A DNA stretch of 64,000 nucleotides from Tubiluchus corallicola. Taxonomy: Eukaryota; Animalia; Priapulida. Under the pieces are notes generated by a model that saw only the letters and a list, made by a program, of their open reading frames with translations, did no database searches and had not been told where the DNA came from. The stretch covers positions 124,001-188,000 of the forward strand of contig JAQGDQ010000246.1 of NCBI GenBank assembly GCA_030141605.1, written 5' to 3'. Below, one piece after another: positions 24,101-36,100 of this stretch; the first letter of the stretch is position 1; the number at the start of each line of letters is the position of its first letter. Position numbers and translations under genes: made by a program.

Positions 24101-27100
24101 GGTAAAGCAGTTGAACATGTATGTGTGAAAATTAGCCAGATTCCATCATCAGACTTCAATGTAACTAGTCTTATTGTAAATTGTTCTATTTTCTAAAGTT
24201 AGTAATTGATATTTCACAATGTCACTAAATTAATTTTTTGGGAATAACAAATAGTGATATCACAAAAAGTTGGGCCATTCCACCTGACAGATCATGAAGT
24301 TGTTCTAGGACGTCTGCACAAAACACTATAAATCTTTATGTCGTGAACTTGTGCAATATCCAAAATGTTTCATCTTAAGGTCCCAAAAACGTAATTGGGT
24401 CGATTCACATTTACAAGTGCAAAGCCCCAATGATGAACGTACACTATGCCGTGATTCATTTTTTGAAAGTAAAAACACAAACCTGTATCACAATCGTCTG
24501 CACTGGCAAAGCCGGGTGGTTTTCTTGTACCCGGAATTTCATAACCTTGCTCATTCACACACCAGGAGTACCCAGTACTGCCGTGAAACTGAGTTTTTTG
24601 ATATTCACCGGTAGGTAGACACTGAGGTGAGTAGAAGCCTGTAAAACCTGGTCCATACACAGATATCCGCAGGTCAACATTTGCTCTATGAATCTGGCAA
24701 ACTAAAACAAAAAAATCAAGTCAATGCACTCAAGAAACTGAGAAAAAAGACAACCAGACGGTCAGTGACGGTGTCTCATGAAGACAAATTTGCACCCAGG
24801 TGGGCCAAAATTTTGCCATTGTCGAAAACTCTAGCATTACAATGTTTTTCTGTACGGTGCATCTGTTTGGCCTCGAAATTGTCAAAGAATATGTGTTTTA
24901 TCTGTTTTGGAAGAAATGGTCATTTTTACACCCTAGCTACCGCCAAATTAAGACCTTGTACACCATAGCAACCCCGGACTTTTGAAAGGTAATATAATAT
25001 ACTGTCCAAAATTGCTATAAAGACATTTTGTTTGATGCATACATCATGTAGTTTTTAGCAAAATGTGCAAAACCCCCACAATAACTTGAACATTCATGGT
25101 CCTCTGGGTCATGACCTTTCAACCCTAGGTCATTCACTTTGACACATGACATGCATCTTATGCCAAGGTTGCTACACACCAAAAGTCAACGACCTGAGAC
25201 AAAAGATTTTGGCTATGTATAGAAATTAAGTCAACTGTGGACGACGCTCGACGCCCGATAGACACCACATGACGGCAATAGGCCCCCTTACTGACGGGAC
25301 CTAAAAATTGCTAAGCACGACAAAATTAAATGTCTGGACAGGTACATTTATTCTTGCAACAAAGATGTATGGCTAGTACATGGCACTAGGAAACAAGTAA
25401 CAATATTAAAGGGGGAAATAATTTCATTAGGAAAGTTAAAGCCATAAAACAAAATTTTATTACTGTTTAAAACGTAGAGAGTTGCTCTAGTTATACAGGA
25501 TAGTGATCTGCTGTAGCACTAAATGATCCATGAAACTGACAGACCTAATCGAAAATGTCTCCGTGGCTATCGAACGATTAAATTGTCCTTAGCTGAAGCT
25601 CATATAATTGCAAAAAACAGTAACATTTACAATAGAACATTTATGAACAATATAAAATTGCTATTTTCTACGTATAGTTCTACTCATTGAAAATCAGGTA
25701 TAAAACACTCAACAGCAGAGTGCACCACTTTAACGATGGTCGTGCTGCATTCAGTTGCAAAGCCTGTTACTAATTGAATGGTTACAGTGGACTGGAATCT
25801 AGCTAATTACCAAAGGCAACCTCCCAAAAGGTGACACAGAATCAGTACGTGTCTTAGTTACTTACAGATCTATAAATACCCCCTCAGTGAGACAAATTCG
25901 GTATGGTGGAGGTAAAGTACAGGCAAGAATCACGAGTGACTGTTTTGTTTCAATGAATCAATCATTTTGAGTTTTATTTCCTGTCAAAAACTAGCTGAAA
26001 GACACTGTTCAAGTGAAAGGGACAATGTGAGCCCTATTTTGTGACGACATTTACATCCATTAGTATGTTAGTACATTTCTTGGTTCCATGAACAACTACA
26101 AATGTTTTAATCTTTATCTTAATATTTTTTATCTTTTGCTTTCCTACATTTTCAAAGCTAGCAGAAAGCAGAAACCAAATGTGCTTTGTGGGCTTTCAGA
26201 GTATACACGTTCATGGGGTAGGCACATCTGTGGCACATGAATATTAGGGATGTTCGAGGTCGGGATTTTTCAAGGTTGGGGATCAAGTGCTCGGGAATGG
26301 ACATCGGGTCGGACCAAAAATTCAGGACCGAGGTTCCCGATCCCAAATCTTTATACATAATTATCAATAAATGGAAATAAGAAATTTACACGAAATTAGT
26401 CCACTCAGCCTTTAATGACAAGTGCGTAGTATCCTGGGCAAAAAAGTAGTCTAGAATGCCAGCAGACTCCACCCACACACACTGCCTGGCAGGGTGCCGG
26501 GTACAAATGCATTAATTAACCTGTAATTCTTCGAATGATAAAACAGTTGCTTGTTAGTGTCGAATAGTAGCAATTTATTTATTATTTATTTGGTACTTAT
26601 GCAAATACAACAAAGTAAAAACCATGACATCATCCAAAACACATGTTTACGGTGAAGACAGACAAGACGGGGCAAAAGTGTGTTCCCTCATTTCGGACTG
26701 ATGTTCGGAAACAGGGTTCGGATTTTAAGAAAAGTTCGGGATTATGGCAACCTCGATCCCAGACACCACTAATGAATATATCCACGGACATGGATGCGAA
26801 ATTTCATATCCACACCAACCTTGGTATGTGGCGCTCTCAAAATCTGTGAAAGGATTTTACCTGTTAATTTAGGCACGGTACACACTGAACCACATTCGGC
26901 AAATCCACAACATTTTGCTGCTCCTTGACAGTCGCGGTCAAGTGAACAAGACTTAGTTGGACATTCATCCGCATCAAAATAACCAGCGTCTGGACAGGTG
27001 CCTTTTTTACTTCCTACAATATAACAGCAAATATTAATATTTGCGCACCTTGGCGTGCAAATAACCATGTAAAGCGATATTATTTTTTACGAACTAAAAT

Positions 27101-30100
27101 TAATGAAAACACACAAGTACTAGTACAAGAAATTCACATGCGAAAAACTAGTGTAATAACATTTGTAGACAGACGAAACCACTGAAGCAAATTATGTTTT
27201 CACGATTATCGTACATATTTTTACTTAGTACAACAACAGTATAAATTGCATAATTACTATATCAGCAGTATTACAGCCAAGAAGAAATATGTATTTAAGT
27301 AGCGAAAGTTATATGTACTGTACTGTATAATGATAAGTTAACTTAAATACATAAATAAGCGCAGTTTCTAGCTCCAAAAAACTGAGCCTGTCTTGACAAC
27401 AAATTGATACACTTCAACTTAGGAAACAAAGTCACGATAATTACTCGCACGGTATCCTCGTTATGTTGAATGGCTAAAACCCAAGTTGCACAAAAATGAT
27501 GCATTAAGTATATTATTGGCTACTATAACATATTAGCACTGCATATTATATTATATAGTAAATACATAATATTTTATATAAAACAAGAAATAATCAAGTA
27601 ACTACGCAGTAATATAACTTTTAGCCCTTTTAACAACGCCCACAAATGAATAGTTTTATTGTAAATAAATTTTGTAGTCTGTTTTTAATTTTTTATGGGT
27701 GCCATGTAATCCCGAATGCATGTGCGAATAAAGATGATACATATATAATAGGGCGTGTATGTATTAAAATGTGGCTAAAATATTACTAGAGACGTGACGA
27801 TATTTGTGATTTGAAGAAATAGCATAAAATTTTTAGTAGCTCTTCTTAACTACTTTAAATCGCTTACTCCGTCTTCTTTCTTCTTAACTGATCACCTCAA
27901 AGCCGGCCGGCAGCAAGGAAAGTGAAACTGCTTTGTAAAAACGAGGTCAAGGCAAATGTACACGCGAGGGATATGCATCAATCCCCCGCTTGACAAGATG
28001 AAACTGATATTTCATTCCGGGATGAATATGTGAATGTTCTGTATAAAATAGTTCCGTTCCCAACTCCAGAATGTATCTGACCGATATAATGTAATTAAAC
28101 ATACATATATCATTTTGCTGATGTTATGAAATGTTCATAAAATCTGTTCGAATTCTTGTCTACAGCCTAGAAAAATAAGTGCCTAGATACTTCCAACAAC
28201 TTATTTCTCACTATACCAGCTGCTACAAACCTCCGCCCAGAAGCAAATAACACTACCTGGAAGGCGTACCATCCTGTAACAGGATACACAGAAGAAAATG
28301 GGACAGCAACTGGCGTAAACAGATCGTAAGAAAAAGAAAGAAAGCTCAGAAGCGGCATTTAACTTCGTGAAAAACTTGGCCTTGAGTTAGCTTATATTTG
28401 CCAGACTTCCAAGAAAAGTTATTACAGAGTCAACATGAACACTGACTGTACGCATTAAATAATTAATACAAGTTTGGGATTCAGGTTTACCGCAGTTCAC
28501 GTTTAAAAGACACTTAGAAAGAGTCCTGTCTTGCGCTGGATGGAAAAAATAATATATGCCATCTGATTAGATGACCACTGCAACTTGCACTATGTCAAAA
28601 AAGCCAACGTAAAATTAACCAAGAGGCCTCTATACCAAGGCGACAAAAATAATATTGCCAGATAATGTCTGAAATTTGTGAGTGAGAGCTATAACTAGTA
28701 AAAACAACTAGCTACACCCCATGTGCTGACCTTATACACACAAGATACTGATTTCCTAGATATTATCCATGGTAGTGGGCGAGTTGACCTTGTACACAGA
28801 TTACTGAGGCTCAAGTGTCATTAATGTTTGCGAAACGGGCAACTCGCCTCACAATCCATCACAAAAGTTAGCTTTAAATTCCCAAACTAAACGCTAAGCT
28901 GCTCGTCCTCTTGTAACTTGACCTCCACTATTCAGTGACAAACAGGTTAACTTCTTAATTACGCCTAAATTGCCGTTACACCCGTCACTACGAACTAGGA
29001 TCACAATTCGTTACACATGCAAACCATTTACTACCTTACGTCACAGCAAACTAATTTTTCTTGATTAAATTTAACTATATTCATTTGCTTCGACAATTAT
29101 AACAAAAACAACGCTTTTTGGCTGTTAAAAACTAGTAGCGGCAGCAGTAGTGAAAGTAAAAAAACTGCCATGAAAGACAACAATTCTCAGTGTAGTTATT
29201 CTAAAATAAAACATTGCTGAAGACAAATGCATCCAGTGATTCTGCTTCTATGACAGGAGCTGCTTAAGTAACAGCTTTCGTTTAAAAATGTATTTCAATA
29301 TTTATAACTATATGTACATAAGTAATGCTGTGCTCCACAGTAATGATTTCAATGAAATTTGAACTTGTCACTTTTTCACTAGTGATCCGTAGGACAATGC
29401 TCCTAAGGTATAATATTGCCTCCATTGAAGTCACCATGTTTGATTACCCAGTATTTTAAGGGTAACTTCGTTTAAGGGTCAACCAGTCTTGGGTCAACGT
29501 AAATTACTTAATCTAACTAGCTGGAGTGCTAATGTATAGTAAATAAATAAATTAATAAGCCACGCTTGTTGCAGTAAAACCTTCTGTATTTGTTTATTTT
29601 ATCAATATTTCAACAATACGTCCTTTCATGTCAAATGCCACGTGGCAGTCGCAATACAACCTACTGCTGCCGGATACTTTGTCACCCCTAACCCCAATTT
29701 TGGTTGTTTTTGTGCCTAGTGGGGTCAGGTGTCAACCAATCTGGGCATAACTCGTCTCATCAGGCCATCTCATAAATAAAAAATAAATATAAATAAAAAA
29801 TAAAAATAATATAAAGTATTATATTAAATTAAAGCATTACCATTTGCTATTGCGGAATCTCAGTTTGACATTAACGTGTCAACATTAAATATTTCGGCAT
29901 CCATATTTATAACAGTTGGGTCATTATAAAGACGTTGGCTTTTATCCATATAAACTTATCAGAATTCAGCACATAATAATATACATATCCTGCATACAGT
30001 GCTAGAACACAGTGACGGCTAGATAACTAAAAATGCAGCCTGTACAAAAAATGTAGTTACCTAAACAAACATTAGCTGAAATAGAATAGCACATATAAGT

Positions 30101-33100
30101 GCCAAAATAGACTCTAACATGTTTCCATGAATGATTTACAACAGTTACTGCTTATCCCGGTTTGCGAATAAGTAAATCTAGCTATTGTGCATCCAAGGTT
30201 TTCAAGAATGTACTCATTAACTTTGCTTGAAAACAGGCTTTATACAGCATTGAAGACAACGTTTGCTGTAATAGAAATTGACATGAGAACAATGACTGCA
30301 GGAGAATTGCTAACTCAAGCATCCTTTAGGAGGACGAATAGTGAAGAAGGTTGCTGTACACAGTTTATGTACAAACAATGATTATATAAAACAAAATTTG
30401 TCTATGGAAGACTTGTATATGATTTTGTTTTCTACATGCTATAAATCTAAGGATTTCAACTAGCAGATAAAATTCGAGCTTACTGTAAAATAAACTATCT
30501 CTAATTAAGCTGAACAGAAGATTCGAGACAATATACAAAACAGGGCTTCTACAGCAGACCCATTGTGTCTAAGGCATTGTAATTTGTATAATGATATGTA
30601 TGCAAAGTCTATCAGTTGTACCTAAAAAGCGTTTTTTAAATATATTTTAAAAATATGTTAAAGCAATGCATACATATCGAAAATTTACACAATAAACGGA
30701 ACTACAGCAAAAACCTATATAAAATTAAATTTTCAAACTTATTAAACAAACTTCAGTAACCGTATGCACACCAACCAAAGCTAGAATTGACTGCAATTGG
30801 TAGAACAAATTTCTCAAACTTATATTCAGTAGACTTTAACCACCAACACAGTCTGCCATGCAGAAAATAATATTTTTGGATTTACACCACAGCCCCATGG
30901 TGCCCGCAAATGGAACAGCCGTTCTATTCTTCCATATTGTGTGGAGTTTACACATGGTCGCAAAAGCATAATCAGCATAGGGCAAGCCCTAGAATTGTGA
31001 CGCTTTGCGCGGTTTTAAAAACAGCTTTGTCCTTATTATGTAAAAAGCAAACCTTGATTCTAAAACAAGAAAGATTACTGTTAGAAGTAAATGTTGAAAC
31101 TTGTACTTACAAGTGCGATAACGCATCAATGAGTCTAGTATACCATGTATGTCACCAAAAAAGTTAAACCTGTAGCTTATGTACTAATTAATTAATCAAT
31201 CATGGTAATGTAAATTCGTCTTTTAACTATCGCACTGTAACTTTGTGAGTTTAAAAACCAATTAAATTTCTTCAGTGAATGTGCTTTCACAAAAAGAACT
31301 TGCAAAGATTTTAACAACACTGACAATGGATGTTTCATCTTTATTAGGGATGCAAAATGAATGATTTGAAATTGCTCACTGTTGTGCTAATAATGATGAA
31401 AAATAATGAATAATACTTTGCAATATTAGTGAATGTACGTTAATAAAACAAGAAACTTTGAATGAAACGGGAATTATGCGGATTAATTTCAAAAATGGGC
31501 AAATAGCCAAATCGCATCTATAAATTACAGCCTTGCTATAAAAATGTTAATTATCCTTGAAATATGTAGTTGTGCATTTTATGTAACGTGCACACCCAGT
31601 GGTCACGCTAGAAACTTCAAAAGATACACAAACAGTGTCTACAGTAGTAGTCAATTAAATGGGTTTTTGACAAGGAGTTTTAGACACAGGCTATTTCGAG
31701 TTTTCCACATAGTTGTTTTGGACGCATGGGTTATTTAGACAGGTAGTTCGGGCACATAAGTCATTTAGACACAAGGTAACGTGAACACCCAGAACATTCA
31801 GACTTTAGATGTTTTGGACACATAGGACATTTGGATGCAACGTATTATGGACACAAAGAACATTTGGACATTATATATTTTGGACACAGAGAACATTTGG
31901 ATACTGAGTATTTTTGGCACGTACACACGTGGTAGTTTGGAGACAGGCAGTTTGGACAAGTAGGTCATTTGGACACACAACGGACTTTAAACCGCTTTCT
32001 TTGCAAAATTAAAGGGTTTCTGCTGTGCCAAAAAACGTTAATCAAACGAATGACATATTATCTGTTTTGATAACTTTCCTTTTCTAGCTACCTCAAACCC
32101 AACTCCCCCAACAGTAACTGCAGACTGCAAGTCAAAAATTATACAAGTAAGATAAAATAATATTATAAATATTAGGGCGTTTTCATAATATGCGGATATC
32201 CGCATGCGGTGAAGGTAGCTGCGGCGATTTTGGTAACTGCGACAGATGCGATTGGTACGTTACGGCGATTACGAGTTCATGACACATAACCCGAATTTCT
32301 TGCTGCAACTTTTTCGCGCTAATTAAACTGAAAAACCGCACTCAGTGTGTGATAATAATGCACTACATATACAGGCTAAAGTACTTAAGTATTAATTAAG
32401 ATAAAACATTGAACATTGGAAGAGAAGTTTTTCTTGAAAGATTTTTCTTTACAAATTATTAAAATGGGTGATAAAATCATTTTTAGCTTGTATAAGTTGG
32501 CAAGTGATGAAGAATTTTGCTTGGCAATCACGATCGCCACGGGTATGAATAAATTTCGGAACTCCCGCCATAGTTATCATCACCGCAGTCTGATATCTGC
32601 AAGCATAGTTTCACTGAAAACATTGTACTCTTTAGAGAACTGATCAATCCTATGTGTCCAAAATACCCGTATCCAAAGTACCTTGTGTCCAAATAACCCA
32701 TGTGTGTAAAAGTTTTCAGGTGAAGCATCATATTATTTTTACAACCTGTAGTATTCTGCTATTTTTAAAACTTTGCTCTTTTCTATTGATTTTTAAATTA
32801 AGGGCTTGTGAAGATGACAACACAGGAGCTATCCATATTTTTCATTTTTGTTTATGTACGTACGCTGTAGCACGTGTGTTACATCATCAAGATAGGCGGG
32901 ACTAAACGTCCCATGCGGTCTATGTATTGTCTAAACTCTAAAATAACAAGGAAATTCAACATCAACGACTCGAGCCAGTGACTGCTTTAACTGATAAGTT
33001 TCACTCTATTACTCTAACAAACATTCATGCGTGTTCAGATTTCTAGTGTAGGCATATAATCTCATTTGTGTAATGTCAACGGCTTGCGATTGCAAATATT

Positions 33101-36100
33101 TATAGAACAGGTTGAAGAACAGGGACTGTCAAGCAATTTTAGTCGCTACATCAAACGTGATAATCAAATGTTTGAAAGCACGAAGCAGTAACCGAGATGA
33201 GACACCTAACAAAAAGAATATGGAAAGTAAAAATACTGAAGAACGCTGGAAAGGTATACAGTTGGCACGTTGTGAAATGTTTCAAAACTGTGTAGTAACA
33301 ACTAGTACCCGTACGATTTAGTAGTCTTACTAAGGAAAAAACGCAAATGCCTGAATCAGAAAACCAGTGTATAAAATAGAACTGTATACCCTGCAATAAA
33401 CTATTATAATAAAGTTCTGCAAACATCTTTCAAACTATCGTTTCAAGAATACAAAACAAAACTTAAGCGTAAGCAAACAACATCAATTACTTGAAAAGTT
33501 ACTTGAATTTATAAACAATGGAAAAAACAAATTAAAACAATAATAATATGAAGCAAATACTTAGTATCATAATATGGCTGTATAACTTGCTGCAAATTTG
33601 GCATTTTATAAAAACGAGATGTCTCCGATCAAAGTTTATGGTTCGCCTGAAGTGTTTTCGTATTGTATTTTAGGGTATTGTCAGTGATTTTTGTACAGCA
33701 TAGCAAACAGGTCTGAAATAAATCCCTCGGGTCAGATTCTCCTTGTATTCGCAGGGAAAAATGTGGGTCTACAGGTCCGTAAATACTAGTAGCAGTAACA
33801 ACATTCCAGAAATGCAATTGTTTTGCTTTCAGTATTAACCGCACAAAAAGTGCCAAATTTTAGCTTAAAGCTATTAAGATGGTAAATTACAGGCTAAAAT
33901 AATATCCTGCTAGGTTGCTAAAAGTGATGAATACATGCACAAATAAAACCGCTAGTATTGCTGTACAGTACACATGGTCAGGTTGAAAACTCATTGTAAA
34001 GACATGATTAGCACATTGACAACACATACGACTTGCAAACGGAATTGATAAATGTGCTGCAAGACAAATGCAAGTTCTACAAAATTAATCTCTTCCAAAA
34101 TTCATAAAATATATGGTTATTTTTCACGAAGTGAACTAATGCTACATGAAAGATCATGTAGGAAATACAGATTATAAATTATAGTAACTATAAAAAGAGA
34201 ATAAGTTAATGAGGTTAATTCACGGTGTTTCACAGTTTGAAGCCATTATTAATACATTTATTTATGAACTTGGTGCTCCAGAACAGCTCCTACAACATCT
34301 CATGTAAAAATTTATTTAGATGTAAAAATATTTTTGGCAAATTAGCTAAATATGGAGTGAATCAAGCCAAGAACGGCAACACCTACATATATTTCACAAT
34401 ATAGCTATAACTGCAGAAGTCAAAAACATAGAAAACAAAACTTAATTAAATAGTGTATATATATTATAGCACTGATACGTATTTAAAAGGTATTTACCAT
34501 CTTAATAGCTTTAAGCTAAAATTTAGCACTTTTTGTGCGGTTAATACTGAAAGCAAAACAATTGCATTCCTAGTAATCCGATATTTTCACGTGTCTCAGG
34601 CATCACTTGTCACCTTACACTGAACTGGAGGAGTCAAGCGTCACGCGAAAAACGATAGATTTGTACAATGCATTTAATTTTTTCCAGATTTAGTCAAAGT
34701 CAGATAAGACTGAACAAACTTTGGCCGCTTCTCGTTTCTTGTATACTGCTAGTTTAAATGAAAGATTTACTACCCAGCGCGGCCAAACAGTTATCTAATC
34801 CAGTTGGTATTAAGAGAGTTCACGTGACAGCACTGCCAATTAAAGAAAGATCATATTTATGAGAAAACATCATCGGAGCAGGTTACAGGTGTGACGGCGA
34901 TGTAATTTAGTTTTGATGATTACCGTTTGAGTGGGCTTATCGAGTATGAAAACCTGTTGATGTGCCAGAAAAGCAGACACTCAGCAAAAGCGATCACAAG
35001 TACTCAAGTAAATTAGTAGTTCATGGACCCGGTACCTTCACCCAGCTCACACAAGATATTCAAAGCAAACTGAAACCCAGAAACATGCTTGACAAGCTTA
35101 GCATTCTTAATTTGACTGAAATGATGCAGTTAGGTAGGCCGCAAGAATTGAAAATAGTTAAACACGCTCTCAGCTGGTATGGCGGTAACTATATTATAAC
35201 ATCGGAAAAAGATCATTATGGCCACATATTACAAGAAACATACCTATTATTACTCCAACAATAAATCTTGTAGAAGGCGCTGCAAGTGCGAATTCAACGC
35301 ATTGTACCGGCAAATATTTTTTCGCGTCTATATATAGCCATATACACTTGAATGCGTACACATATATATATATATATAAATAGCACAAAAAACCGTTATA
35401 GTATATATATATATATATATAAAACAATGACAGTATACATTATACAACATAATGTGTATAACATTCAATGAAATAACATTCAATGATTGCCTGATTGCTT
35501 GAGCTACACTGCTAATATGCAAATGCGTCTGGTGCAAAAGATTAGCAAAAAATTAAATTGTTACAATAATATTATGATATATACTTCTAGAGACGTCTTT
35601 AACGTAAATCTCCCAGTCTGTCCCCCTTCCCGCATGGCTCAATCTAAATCCTATCATCGTTGCCCATTGACCATAAATTAATATCATGGTAATCACAGAG
35701 TATACTAGCGTATAATCAATTAATTGAGCCTAATTGCTGTCTACAAGGTCATCACAACTCACAAGCAATAAACATGACAAGGTTGATATGTTTTATACAA
35801 CGTTGCTGACTTAAGAACAACATTCACTATCCCTTTTCATAAAATCTCTATCTAACCCATTACCCCCCCCCCCACACACACACACACTTTTATAGGGATT
35901 AATCCTTTGCCACTAGCCTGTCATCTATTAGATTAAAAAGTATATGCTATGTTTGTCATAATAAAAATCCATTATAATAATTCCTTCAGGATAAAAGTCG
36001 TGGTAGTAGAAGAGCAAACTAAAGGTTCAGTCACACTAGATAATGAATTATGCTTAACCAGTGAAGTATTGATAAGCGGCAGTCAGTGAAATTAGCCAAT

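Noticed and set aside
30061-30120. Minus-strand signal-peptide-like mini-ORF (MLESILALICAILFQLMFV*) and a possible 15-nt phase 1-1 microexon at 30075-30061
   Set aside because: The ORF stops at TAG before the donor; the microexon would add an unpaired Cys and has no support beyond splice dinucleotides
31678-31978. CRISPR-like repeat array
   Set aside because: Eukaryotic context, degenerate 15-18-nt units without unique spacers, no cas genes
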